From NCBI GenBank assembly GCA_051294375.1, contig CM119269.1, positions 6,247,919 through 6,311,918 on the forward strand: a DNA stretch of 64,000 nucleotides, written 5' to 3'. The position numbers were made by a program, and so were the translations under genes. A model generated the notes under the pieces. It made no database searches. It worked only from the letters and a program-made list of their open reading frames with translations, and was not told the DNA's origin. This document shows positions 1-13,420 of the stretch, piece after piece. The DNA comes from Paraspadella gotoi (taxonomy: Eukaryota > Animalia > Chaetognatha). Numbering within the stretch: the first letter of the stretch is position 1; every line of letters starts with the position of its first letter.

Positions 1-88
1 GAGAGAGAGACAGAAGCCAGAGAGAGGGAGATACAGAGAGACAGAGAGAGATACAGAGAGAGAGAGAGACAGAGAGAGAGAAGAGAGA

Positions 89-958
89 AGAGCAAAAGTT
101 AGAATTCTTGAAAATCCAAGAAGATTTTTAGCTAACGCCGATTCAACATTCAATCACAACATTCTCAAGCCATGATTCCAATTGTCATCCGAAACTAGAC
201 ATTTTCCGCGCTGTCATTTAAAACGACACTGCTTATTTACTAATTGAGACTGCAATTCAATAGTTGACCCTTTGATTGACTTCGATTTGTCTTGGACAAA
301 GGGGGGGGGGTACCGGGGGTTAGGAGGAGGAGAAAGAGGGGGGGGGGAGTGGATCGGGAAGCGGCACAAATTGCGATCGCCGCTGGTCGCTTTTGCCCTT
401 TCGACTTTCCCCTCGCCCTTCGGACTTTCCATTCCTAATTAATTTGTTCTTTCATTCTGCTGCTCTTTTTTTTTTTCTTTCATTCTGATTGGTCGATTTC
501 GAGCCAATCAATTGCTGCGATATTTTTCTCTTTCTTCAATCAATCTTCTTTCTTCGATTTACTTAATCAATCTCAACTTAATCATCTCTTTCCTTCCTTC
601 ATCTCGCGGCCCCGCCTAGATTTCTCATCTAAGATTCTCCCGCCGCCGGCGAGTAACGTCTTTGATATTCAATTTTCAATTCCATCACATTCCCCAATAT
701 TTTTTTCCCCATATTCTTTCTTAATGTTTTTCCCTTTTCTTCTTTTTCTCCATTTTTTTTCCCCATTTTTCGCTCTCGTGTTTAACCTCGACCTCGATTT
801 TTCGCTTCCCTCGTTTTTTCTTCTCCATTCGTTCTTTCGACCTTCACCAGGCTCCTCGCGCTTACTTTTGTGATCTCTCTCACTCACAATCTTGAGTCTA
901 TGTTTCTTTCTTCTTTCTTTCTTTCTTTCTTTTTTTTTTTTTTTTTTATTTATTTATT

Positions 959-1048
<90 letters not shown>

Positions 1049-2029
1049 TGTTATTTATTTATTTATTTTTTATTTATTTATTTATTTATTATTTATTTAT
1101 CTTTTTAATTATTTATTTTTTTACTTTCTTTCTTTCTTTCTTTCTTTNNNNNNNNNNNNNNNNNNNNNNNNNGAGAGAGAGAGAGAGAGAGCAAAAGTTA
1201 GAATTCTTGAAAATCCAAGAAGATTTTTAGCTAACGCCGATTCAACATTCAATCACAACATTCTCAAGCCATGATTCCAATTGTCATCCCGAAAACTAGA
1301 CATTTTCCGCGCTGTCATTAAAACGACACTGCTTATTTACTAATTGAGACTGCAATTCAATAGTTGACCCTTTGATTGACTTCGATTTGCCTTGGACAAA
1401 GGGGGGGGGGGTACCGGGGGTTAGGAGGAGGAGAAAGAGGGGGGGGGGAGTGGATCGGGAAGCGGCACAAATTGCGATCGCCGCTGGTCGCTTTTGCCCT
1501 TTCGACTTTCCCTCGCCCTTCGGACTTCCATTCCTAATTAATTGTTCTTTCAATTTGCTGCTTTTTTTTTTTTCTTTCATTCTGATTGGTCGATTTCAGC
1601 CAATCAATTGCTGCGATATTTTTTCTCTTTCTTCAATATCAATCTTCTTTCTTCGATTTACTTAATCAATCTCAACTTAATCATCTCTTTCCTTCCTTCA
1701 TCTCGCGGCCCCGCCTAGATTTCTCATCTAAGATTCTCCCGCCGCGGCGAGTAACGTCTTTGATATTCAATTTTCAATTCCATCACATTCCCCAATATTT
1801 TTTTCCCCCATATTCTTTCTTAATGTTTTCCCTTTTCTTCTTTTTTCCTCCATTTTTTTTCCCCATTTTTCGCTCTCGTGTTTAACCTCGACCTCGATTT
1901 TTCGCTTCCCTCGTTTTTTTTCTTCTCCATTCGTTCTTTCGACCTTCACCAGGCTCCTCGCGCTTACATTTGTGATCTCTCTCACTCACAATCTATGAGT
2001 CTATGTTTCTTTCTTTCTTTCTTTCTTTC

Positions 2030-2064
<35 letters not shown>

Positions 2065-2091
2065 TTTTATTTATTTTATTTATTTATCTAT

Positions 2092-2126
<35 letters not shown>

Positions 2127-2130
2127 TTTT

Positions 2131-2173
<43 letters not shown>

Positions 2174-2252
2174 TTTTATTTATTTATTTATTTATTTTTA
2201 TTTATTTATTTTATTTATTTATTTATTTATTTAATTTATTTATTTTTTTATT

Positions 2253-2287
<35 letters not shown>

Positions 2288-2290
2288 ATA
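89..2290. repeat. ~1.1 kb tandem duplication (89-1147 and ~1188-2290) across an N gap, with (GA)n, (TTTC)n and (ATTT)n microsatellites
   Basis: Both copies begin AGAGCAAAAGTTAGAATTCTTG and differ mostly by 1-nt indels; N run at 1148-1172. Confidence 0.9.
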
Positions 2291-2309
2291 GGTTCATTCT
2301 TCCTTACGG

Positions 2310-2378
<69 letters not shown>

Positions 2379-3806
2379 CTCTCTCTGCTCTCAATTCATA
2401 TTCGATAAAGAACAAGTTCTCTATCCTTTTTTCAAATTCGCACCATTTCCCAATCGCATTAGTTTTTCTTGCTTGAGAAGACGCAAGCTCGACGGCGAAT
2501 GGACTATTGTTATAGTAGAATCAAGTGATACATAGATATTGCAAGAAAATTGTTATCTATGCCATGCTCAATCATTTTTTACTAATATATCTTCCCAAGA
2601 CTGTTTTAACTCGAATTGCAGCACGACTTGAATGTATCATCGGTATCGATCGACATATACGGTCTGATAGACAGACTGACCTGCTCATTAACGTGCTGCT
2701 TTCCCCTTCCAACGGGCGATGCTCTCCCGGGCCAGACCCCTTGGCGAGGGAGTTCCGTCGTGGTCACTGTGGGTAAGGGTGGGCGTGGGATAAAGATTTG
2801 GCATTTAGGCAGGGATTTTGGACTTGGATGTAGATTTGGGATTTGGAAAGGGATTCGGAATTAGGATGGGGATTTACTGTTGGTATTTGGGATTTGAATA
2901 GAGATTGGTTAAGAATTGGGATAGTCTTCAGGTATAGTAACTATTCATATAAATTACTTTATGGAATAATCAAAAAGTAATAGGAAAAGTCTTTCAGTGA
3001 AGTCAGAGGCCTGGGTCTAATCTAATTTTTAACATTTTTTTTTAAACTGAAAATAGCTTATCTTTTAAGAATACTCAATATTCTATATAAACATACTTTT
3101 TTTTTTGTATTTTTATCGGATACAAAAACTGGCGTTTACATTTCTTCCTGTTCTCTCAACATATTCTTATCACTTTAAAATGAACTTAACCAGCTTTCTT
3201 GATATCAAAATTTTGCTATTTTTTACAATTTTTTTGCATTCAATTTCTTCTATAAAACGATAGAACGGGAAAATTTAGCGACCGAATTTTCAATTTTCTT
3301 TGTCTTGGGCGCATCAGTATTATACCTCAATATACCAAAAAATTAAGGGGACACCAAGAGGTATATATCATATTTTTCGTCTCATTTATCGTCTCCGTAA
3401 TGGGCACACACTCCGCGGCCTATACGACCTTTTAATCTTCGTACAAAGGTTATATGTAAAATTAGAAGAACTCAATAATTTAAGTCACAGTACTGAAGAC
3501 AGCTTTTGAAAAATTATAGTTCCACAACTACATACAAACGAAAAAACGAAAATAGTTACGGTTTGCAATAGAGAAAAAACAAAACCATAAACAACAAAAT
3601 AACGTCAATTCGCTCAATAAAATGTTCGGAATAAGAAACGATCCAACTTGAAGAAAACCCGTAGAACTTGCAATTGCAAAGCATTCTTGTCTTCTCTTCC
3701 CCGACTACTATGTTCTCCTTCTATCGCTCTCTTATCGTATTTTGTTAATTCTCTTTCCAAAGATATATTTTTTCTACACACTGCCCTTAATCAGGCCTTA
3801 ATCATC

Positions 3807-3871
<65 letters not shown>

Positions 3872-4177
3872 TCTTCAACCCTTCGTCATCTCACACACAT
3901 CCCCCAAAACCATACCACCCCCCGCTCACCCCTAATCGTCTCCTCACTCTGATGTCTACAATAGAGTCGCCGACTCCGCCCGCCTCCACCTCCGCCGCCG
4001 CGTCACGAAGATCTCGATCCCGCACTGGCTGGAGGTCGACAGACCGACCGGTCCCGTCGAGCCGGCAGCCCGATCGGCTTGGTCCCGGCTGGCTAAAGTC
4101 GGGCACGAATGTTGACGCTTGAATTTGTTGGGGTTGGGGAACGGCATCCGGCCGGGCTTCTGTACCTGGGAGGGAGA

Positions 4178-4250
<73 letters not shown>

Positions 4251-4477
4251 ATAAAACGTAATACATGAGCAAGAATCGAAATAAACTTTTCTCCCTTCGT
4301 CGCTTTAATGCGGAATGAAGGTGAGTAAGTCGATTTGCATAACGGCGAGACTTTCTCTACTCTCTCTCTCGGACTAAGTTCCGATCAAGGTCGAATAGCG
4401 AGTCATAAAAACGCGTTAAAAACGTTCGTAACCTGGAAACGGGGAGAGGAGAGGGTGAGAAAGAGAGAGAGGGGGGG

Positions 4478-4560
<83 letters not shown>

Positions 4561-4639
4561 AGTTGATTTGTCTCGTTCATTGCGCGAGTTTCGTCACCAT
4601 TGCGCGCGATGTGTATACTATAAGGGCGGAATGACCGGA

Positions 4640-5050
4640 GAAAGAAGAAAGAAATTGAGGGAGGACGGAAGAGAGCGAGGAAAGAAAGGAAAATAAGAAG
4701 AAGGAAGGAAGGAAGGAAGGAAGGAAAAGGAAGGAAGGAAGAATGAAGGAAGAAAGAAGAAGAAAGGAAGGAACAGGAAAGAATGGATGGATGGATGGAT
4801 GGATGGATGGAGATGGTATGGATGGATGGATGGATGGATGATGGATGGATGGATAGAAAGAAGGAAATGATTAAATGACCTGACTGAACGAAATTAAAAG
4901 TGAATGAAGAATGAATGAATGAATGAAAGATGAATGAATGAATGATGAATGAATGAAAGAATGAATGAATGAATGAATGAATGAATGATGAATGAATGAA
5001 TGAATGAATGAATGGATAATGAATAAATAAATAACTGAATGAATGAATGA
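4640..5050. repeat. compound microsatellite (GGAA)n/(GGAT)n/(GAAT)n
   Basis: Direct reading. Confidence 0.9.
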
Positions 5051-5097
5051 TGGTTAAATAATATATTGATAGATGACCGAAAAAAAAGACTCTACCT

Positions 5098-5394
5098 GCA
5101 GGAACTCCCCTAATCGTGGCGGAGGCTTCCATCGAACTCTTCTCCGGATCATCTTGGCGGTGGAGGCGGAGACGTCCGTCGCTTCGGCGGTCCGCCTCCA
5201 CCCGGCGCCACGATGACTTCGGCATGCGTCGACGAGATAGTCCGGGTCGATCATCGGGATCGCCGCCGGGACCGCAACGCCGTCCCACCAGTCCGCCCAT
5301 GCCGAAGCTGATCCAAGGCGTCGTCGCCTCGAGAGGATCGTCGAGAAAAGTCGCACGGGGAACTGCGACGCGACCAGAGGTCCGGCGGAGGATC
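5098..5394 (-). CDS. probable internal coding exon of an unidentified gene (may splice to the duplicated exon at ~3956-4166)
   Basis: GC-rich open frame ILRRTSG...GEFLQ between acceptor ccgccttcag and donor GTAGAG; no family recognised. Confidence 0.4.
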
Positions 5395-5636
5395 TGAAGG
5401 CGGAAGGGGAATGGTCAATTGGGAATTAATCTTACAACATTAATAGGAAGCCATTTACTTACAGTCGCCGGACGTAAGATAATTTGGGTTAGCCATTAGG
5501 TATTAAGTTATGTGATTTGGTTAGTAAGGCGTTTTAAATTTAACTTTAATTAAAATTCTAAAAAGTGAGGAACGAACAACATTATCTTAATGAACATTTA
5601 TGTAATAAAAAAATTTGTAATAAATTTTACAATTTA

Positions 5637-6017
5637 CGCAGTAGGCCATATTTATACTATACTAAACCAATAAATGTTAAAATTTCAAAACAGTTTTTTT
5701 CTAAGTATTTTTTTGGCAGATTTGGTTAGTCATAAAATTGATAAAAAGAAATATAACTCTTTTAAAAAATTCCTTCATTAGGTGGGTCAAAAATTAGAAA
5801 AAGCTATATTTTAAGCTGAAAATTAACTTTTATAATATTAATATAGTTTTTTTAATTTTTAACCTACTTAATGAAAGAATTTTTAAAATGATTTATATTT
5901 TCTTTATCAACTTTGGACGAGGAATTCAAATCTGCAATCAAATTAAGAAAAGCTTTATTTTTGAAATTTTCGATTTATAAAGGATAGTACTATATATATA
6001 AATATAGCCTACTGCGC
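5637..6017. mobile_element. degenerate MITE
   Basis: Terminal inverted repeats CGCAGTAGGCCATATTT / AAATATAGCCTACTGCG; a similar end recurs at ~24426. Confidence 0.55.
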
Positions 6018-6603
6018 GAAAATTAAAAAACATAAAATTAATTTTTTTACAAATTAATGTTCACTGATGGTATGTTGTTCATAATTGNNNNNNNNNNNNN
6101 NNNNNNNNNNNNTCTACATTCTAAAAGTTTCGTTAAATACAGTGAAATTGATAGCGGATAAGGACATAACAATTGCCAATAGCAAATGCGTGCGTATTTA
6201 AAAACGCACTAGACATTTTTTAAAAACATCCACGACGCCTTTTATTTGCTTAAAATATTTTTTTTTTCTTCATTGTATATAAAAGTAAAAAAAAAACCAA
6301 AAAAACTTTTGCCACTTAATTTTATAATCTTCAAATCGTTCAGACAGGGCAGGACGACGTTAAGTTTGTCTCGATTTATCTATAGTATGTAGTAACGAAA
6401 GGAAAATGGCGACGTTGAAAGACGAAATCGGAAGCGTGTTAGAGAAAAGCAAAGTTGCACTGTGAGTCTTGCGGAAAGAACGAAGTCTGATGAAAGGAGA
6501 AAGCGAAACTCGAATCATAAAAGAGGGCGGGAACGGTTGCCGACTGATTACTGACCAGGGAATTGTGCGGGAGGAGCAGAGAGAGAGAGAGAAGAGAGAT
6601 GAG

Positions 6604-6653
<50 letters not shown>

Positions 6654-7104
6654 ACGAGGCAAGAGGAGAGAGAGAGGAGTTGGAGAGATTGAATGTAGAG
6701 ATTCGGGAAACTTTAAGGGGACCCTTGGGAGTCAGAGGCGGGGGCGGGAAAATGAGGATGAGAAAAGTTTATGTTAATTTAGGATTTTTTTCCCCTCATA
6801 CATGAACGACTTTTGGCGACTCGCGACTTCATGGAAAGCAAAAGTTGAGAGGTCATAGATCGAAGTTATTAGGGAGTTGATTGATAGAGGAGGGAAAAGA
6901 GGGAGATAGACTAACGAGACAGAGAGAACGTCAAATATTAAAGATAAGGAGAGAGAACAAAAAAATAAAAGAGTAAGAGGGAAAAAGGAAAAAAAGGAGA
7001 GTTAGGTCAAAGATCGAGAATATTAGGAGACTCGAAACAAGGAAGCCCAGTGATGTTTAGCGGAGAATGGGGGGAGGGGAAAAGGGGAGGGAGGGAAGAG
7101 GGAA

Positions 7105-7146
<42 letters not shown>

Positions 7147-7605
7147 TGAATGAATATGCGGATCGGTCATGGGCACACACTCCGCGCGCCTATACGACCT
7201 TTTAATCTTCGTACAAAGGTTAATGTAAAATTAAAGAACTCAATAATTTAAGTCACAGTACTGAAGACAGCTTTTGAAAAATTATAGTTCCACAACTCAA
7301 AAACGAAAAACGAAAAATAGTTTACGGTTTGCAATAGAGAAAAAAAAACAAAAACAAAAAACAAAAAATAAAGTCAATTCGCTCAATAAAATGTTCGGAA
7401 TAAGAAACGATCCAACTTGAAGAAAACCCGTAGAAACTTGCAATTGCAAAGCATTCTTGTCTTCTCTTCCCCGACTACTATGTTCTCCTCTCTATCGCTC
7501 TCTTTATCGTATTGATTGTTAATTCTCTTTCCAAAGAATATTTTTTTCTACACACTGCCCTTAATCAGGCCTTAATCATCAACATCATCATCATCATCAT
7601 CATCA

Positions 7606-7653
<48 letters not shown>

Positions 7654-7985
7654 TTTCAACCCTTCGTCATCTCACCACCCAATCCCCCAAAACCATACCA
7701 CCCCCCCCGCTCACCCCTAATCGTCTCCTCCATCTCGATGTCTACAATAGAGTCGCCGACTCCGCCCGCCTCCACCTCCGCCGGCCGCGCGTCACGAAGA
7801 TCTCGATCCCGCACTGGCTGGAGGTCGACAGACCGACCGGTCCCGTCGAGACCGGCAGCCCGATCGGCTTGGTGCCCGGCTGGCTAAAGTCGGGCACGAA
7901 TCGTGACGCTTGAATTTGTTGGGGTTGGGGAACGGCATCCGGCCGGGCTTCTTGACCTGGGAGGGAGGGGAAAGAGAGGAGAGAG

Positions 7986-8023
<38 letters not shown>

Positions 8024-8286
8024 AAGGAGAGAGAGGAGAGAGAGAGAGAGAGCATAAAAACGTAATACATGAGCAAGAATCGAAATAAACTTTTCTCCCT
8101 TCGTCCGCTTTAATCCGGAATGAAGGTGAGTAAAGTCGATTTGCATAACGGCGAGACTTTTTCTCTATCTCTCTCTCCGACTAAGTTCCGACTCAAGGTC
8201 GAATAGCGAGTCATAAAAACGCGTTAAAAACGTTCGTAACCTTGGAAACGGGGAGAGGAGAGGGTGAGAAAGAGAGAGAGGGGGGC

Positions 8287-8343
<57 letters not shown>

Positions 8344-8882
8344 AGAGAGAGAGGAGAGAAGAGAGAACAGAGAGACAGAGAGAGAGAGTTGATTTGTCTC
8401 GTTCATTGCGCGATGTTTCGTCCCATTGCGCGCGATGTGTTATAGGGCGGAATGACCGACAGGGATCAAAAAGGTAATTTGCACGACGGAGAGGACGGGA
8501 ATGTGAGTGCAGCGCTGTTATGCGGGAAAGGTGCATTTGTGCGCGCAGAAGGAAAGTAGAGGAAAGGGTGATAAATACCATATTATTATATTTTAATCAA
8601 GATAACAAGAATAGATAAGATACGAACAACTAGAGGTACAAAGATATTAAGTAAAAGAAACAAGAACAAAAAAAAAAGACATGTAGAGATAGAATAGTAA
8701 ACTGGAAAGAAGTATACCACATAAAAGAAACGGTTATCTCTCTTCTCTACTTTTAGAATTTTTGTATGTAACTTTCACTACGCCTTATCAATGGTTAGGG
8801 ATTAGGGTTTAAGGGTAGGAAATATGGTTGAAGATTAGGGATTAAAATAGTAGCCGAATCTTCGGGCTCCCTCGAATCCGAT

Positions 8883-10467
8883 TTAAGACGCAAACCTCCT
8901 GGAGATGTCGTCGTAGAGATCAAAGTCGTTGGCGACGGCGGTGAGGCGGCGTTTGGACGAGCTGCTCCAGTCGCCGCCTTCAGCCTTGAAGGTCTTCAGT
9001 TTCTCGACGACGGAGGCGAAGTCGACCGGCTCTACTTCGGTCGATGTGTTTCGGTTCTCCCGGTTGTCTCTGGAAAACAGGGGGGGCGGGAAGGGGTGAG
9101 AGATGATGCGGAGTTTTATCAGTCTCCCTTGGTGGTCTTGAGGCATTAAGCATTTGCGGGAGGTAAATTATTATATTTAAACATATGTAAATTTATGTAT
9201 GGCCACAGAATATTTCTTCATCTTCGTTTATTTTCGGTATTTCTATCGACACTCAGTTCAAGAGTCCATTGAAATGTTTTTAGTTTTATAACAACTGTTT
9301 AATATCTTTTATTATATGATAATCCTTTCTTTTCGTTGTAAATGATTTAGAGAAAAAACAAAGTTTTATTAGTTTCAACGAATTTGTTTTTATTGGAAAA
9401 CAGACATGTTTCGGCTTTGGTTTTCAAGCCGAAACATGTCTGTTTTCCAATAAAAACAAATTCGTTGAAACTAATAAAACTTTGTTTTTTCTCTAAATAT
9501 CTTTTATATAATTATATAATTAACGCGGAGCTCACTTGTTTCTCGCGTCCGCTTCTTCGACATGAAACGCTGTCTCAAGTTGGACCAGTGGTCGACCTCC
9601 TCTTGGATCGTGTTGATGTCCGCGCAAGTCATCGATCGGTGCCGCTGAGAATATGATTTAAATTCAATTTACATCTGTAAAAAATTATTAATTTTAATAC
9701 GGGTTAGAAATGTTGCCAATGGCCATGGTTAAAATTAAATTAATAAAGTGTTGAAATATCGGGATTAGGAGTACACACAGTTAGTAATTAGCGAAAGTTA
9801 TTTTTGTATCATTAACTCAGGAACAGAAACGGGTATATTGTGGCGAATCCTAAATCCTAAATCTTTAGGCGTCACTCGCGAATATATAATTTCATATTCT
9901 TTTCACTTTTTCGATAAAGTTTTAAAAGATCAATAATTATAATACCTTTCCTTCGATGCCGGGAAAATCTTTTGCCTTTGAAAGTCGCAATTTTAAAAAA
10001 AAAATAAATCAAGATATGATTTCTTTAAAATTTCGGCGTCGCAAAATAGTCAAAGCAGATTGTCGTAGTGTTGTTGTTGTTGTTGTTGTGGGAACACGTC
10101 TCTCGATTATTATTTTTTGTTTGCTAGAAATGCTAGAATTGTTTACGTCGTTACAAATATTCGCTAACCTCTTTAATTGGAGAATTCTGAATCGAGACGT
10201 GGTGGGACCATCCGTATCTGACAAAAAAAATGGGTTCGTATACCCCAAAAATATTATTATCTTACCAGCTTTTCTACGCAAGCTTTTTTTTTTTAAAGGA
10301 GCTCACCTTTCTTTCAAACTCCGCTTTTCACGCATTCTCTTCTCGTTCTCGGCCGAGTCACCGATTTTCAATAATTGTTCGAAGACAGTTTCGTCCTGCA
10401 ATAACAAAGGGAGATAGAATTCATTTGTTTTCTTTTATTCTTTCTTTCTTTCTTTTTTTTTCTTTTT

Positions 10468-10551
<84 letters not shown>

Positions 10552-12504
10552 TTTTCCTCCCTTTCCTTCCCGCAACTCAGTCTTTTTTGCTTTCCACGGC
10601 TCGCGTTATCCTCGTTCTTCTTCCCTTCCCCAGTCGTTACTCCATTTCCTTCCCGTTATCAGTCGAAAACGCGATATTTTATGTTCCTTCGTCGAGCCAC
10701 GCCTACTTCCTGCCCATTACGCATAATTATGCTCGGGCGGGGCCGCGAGTCGAACTGCTTTTTTTTTCGTACTTTCGCGTCTTTTTACTTTTCCTACTCA
10801 GTACCCATCCGCTTTGGCCCAGCTCCACCGCCGACTAATGGCCGATCAATGGCCCAATTTGACTTGATTGAAAGCTTTTATATCGAAGAAGAATGTCCAC
10901 GTCTTCTTCTCTCATTAATGCCCCCACCGAATGTACATCCAAGGCACTTTCTCTATTTCAAAGAGATTACATGTACTCTGAAGAACAAAAAGAAAAGTCG
11001 AGAAGGAAAATATCTCATTTGCTTCACGGTCACTAATGGTACCGAGGTATCATTCAATAAGAGTGAATTCATATTTCTGGTCGTAAATATATACAAACTG
11101 AGTCTTTAATGTACGTAGCGTTGTCCTTTAAAACCAAATTAATTCCACTTGGAATCCACTTGGAAAGATACAAAAATTAAGAGAACTGTGCTATACAAGG
11201 TGACACACGACAGCCCGCCGCTAAAAAAAAATCGTCATTTGAACACGTGCAAAGATTTTTTTAATCTGAAAGTTTTTTTTGTAGTAAAGACCTAAATCAT
11301 TTATATATCTAAATTTGATATGATGTTATGATTGACTTGGCAATGAAGGAGAAAGTTGCCTTAAAAATCGTCTTTCATTTTAAAACTCAAATATTTTTTT
11401 CAATCTTTTTGTCTAACTTTCTGAACATTTTTATAAATACTTTTATATAAAAAGGTATCAATATTGATATCTTTCTGAAAGCTCTTAAAAATATAAAGAG
11501 AATGCATAATTAAAAAATACTGTAATATAAAAATTAGTCAATCTAGCTTTAATCAATAAAGGTAAGCAAAATTAAGATAACCATTTCCAAGAGCTTTCAG
11601 AAGATATTAACAATGATACCTTTTTATCTAAAATTTTTTTAAAAAATATTCAAAAAATGAGACAAAAAGATTGAAAAAAATATTTGAGTTTTAAAATGAA
11701 AAACGATTTTTAAGGCAGCTTTTCTCCGCTCATTGCCAAATCAAATCAAAACCAATCAATATGAAATTTGGATATATAAATGATTTAGGTTTTTACTACA
11801 TAAAAAATCTTTCAGATTAAAAAAATCTTCACACGTTTGCAAATGACGATTTTTTTTAGCTGCGGGCTGTCGTGTGTCACCTTGTAAATGTTAAGATTTA
11901 AAAAAAAAATTAAAACAAATTTGTAAGATTAAAAAAAGAAGTTCTGTCACTGCAATAAGTAAATTGGACGGAGAAAAGAGGGCTCTCGATGTAGCACCGA
12001 ACATATTTGGTGGTGGTTTGTATTTCTATTTCTGTACGTTATTTTCCATTTTTCCCTCCCTCTCTCATCCACCAAACGACCTCAGCCACCACCTCCCCCC
12101 ATTCTCCCTCACCACTTCGGCCCGGTGCTTCTGCTCCCGCTCGGCGGAGATGTTGAGGCCGATCATGATGACGATCCCGAGTCCGTAGAAGAAGATGGTG
12201 CAAGAGATGTAGATGGCGGCGTTGAAGTCGTCGTCCACGAAGTCGTTGCAGGATTTAGAGTTGGACCAGTAGGTGATCGGCGTCGGCGGCGGCGTCGGCG
12301 GCGACGGGATGATGCGGAAGGTCTGGCCGCCGCAGCATCTGGGAGGAGGAGGAGGAGGAAGAAGAAAATTGTAAATTGAAAATTGTAAATCTTCGAACAT
12401 GTGATTTTCTCTCTCTCTTCGTCTCTCTGCTCTCACTTACTTGAGTAAATCTTCGAACAAGTGGTGTTTTCCTCTCTCTCTCTCCCAATGTCTCTCATCA
12501 ATCG

Positions 12505-12548
<44 letters not shown>

Positions 12549-12673
12549 TTGACGATCAAGTCTTCATCAACATTGCTCTGGATGACGGTATATTCGTTGT
12601 ATTCCTCGTCCATCATCTTCTTCATGAAATCAGTTCGCGTGATGTCCCGAACTTCGCTCAAAATCGTCTCCAT
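8883..12673 (-). CDS. multi-exon single-pass transmembrane protein (uncharacterised); 3' exon structure uncertain
   Basis: Exon 12673-12549 (METILSEVRD...) splices in frame via GT-AG to 12338-~12113 (KCCGGQ...AAIYISCTIFFYGLGIVIMIGL...EV); further GC-rich exon-like blocks at ~9536-9644 and ~8883-9069, possibly continuing to ~7957. Confidence 0.6.
9345..9498. repeat. perfect palindrome (73-bp arms, 8-nt loop) centred on a hammerhead-type GCCGAAACATGTC motif; Penelope-like remnant
   Basis: Arms 9345-9417 and 9426-9498 are exact reverse complements. Confidence 0.8.
11196..11884. mobile_element. fold-back Tc1/mariner-type MITE
   Basis: CAAGGTGACACACGACAGCCCGC ... GCGGGCTGTCGTGTGTCACCTTG, imperfectly palindromic over ~300 bp per arm, TA on both flanks. 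Confidence 0.9.
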
Positions 12674-13079
12674 TATTTCTTTCTTTTTGTTTTTTTTTTA
12701 TATATATTCTCTGCTAAACGCAAAGAATTAATAGCGTTCTCCGTTTTCAGTTAATTCATTTAAATCTTTTTCGATTTCCGTTGAAGAAAAACAAAAAAAT
12801 TCATTTAGCTGAGCTCGCAGGCGTTCTTATTTCATATCGCAAGTAAAATAAAAACAAAGAAGGTAGGTTTGCTTTTGACCTTTTTTTTTAAAAGACTCAA
12901 AGTCAAGAAGTACTTGAAACGATAGCGAGAGAGTCTCTCTTTTTAAAATTCTTCTGACCTTCAAAAAAATAAGGTTAAATTCGAGTCGGGAAAATCGCGG
13001 CGGGAGGAGGAGAGCCGAAGATTAGGGATAATATCCCTAATAGGGATATGATTCAGGAGGAATTTCGAAAGCGATGAAC

Positions 13080-13420
13080 GGAAGCTGGAACGGAACGGAA
13101 AAAAGAAAAGAGGAGAAGAAGGAGGAAGGAAAAAAAAGGAAGAGTGAGAAAAGGGATAAAGAAAGAAAGAGTAGGAGAAAAGAAAAAGGAAGGAAGAAGA
13201 AGAGAGAAGAGGAAGGAGGATGGAAAGAGAACGAGGATGGAGAAAAGGAAGGAAGAAGAGAGAAGAGGAAGGAGGAAGGAAAGAGAACGAGAATGGAGAA
13301 AAGGAAAGAAGAATAAGAGAGAAGAAGAAGGAGGAAGGAAAGAGAACGAGGATGGAGAAAAGGAAGGAAGAAGGAAAGAGAAGAGGAAAACTCGATGAAC
13401 GAAAGAGAGAATGAGAAATA
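13080..13420. repeat. purine-rich degenerate tandem repeat (GGAAAGAGAACGAGGATGGAGAAAAGGAAG unit)
   Basis: Unit seen about three times among GA-rich low complexity. Confidence 0.7.

Larger units (their letters stand above)
3400..8458. repeat. ~1.25 kb dispersed duplication (3400-4637 and 7169-8458) with (CAT)n and (GA)n microsatellites and an exon-like segment
   Basis: Both start ATGGGCACACACTCCGC and end GGCGGAATGACCG; differences are mainly small indels; gap at 6088-6112 lies between them. Confidence 0.9.

Noticed and set aside
2680-2776. Possible U12 AT-AC acceptor (CTCATTAAC...CAAC) before an exon-like block ending G|GTAAG
   Set aside because: Branch point is imperfect, and there is no convincing ATATCCTT donor or recognisable protein.
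89-8458. Kilobase duplications as real exon or gene duplication
   Set aside because: Both pairs straddle N gaps and differ mainly by homopolymer and 1-nt indels, typical of unpolished or allelic contig overlap; cannot be trusted without reads.
870-8581. Long ORFs rich in F/I/Y/L, S/L, R/E or poly-H
   Set aside because: Translations of microsatellites.
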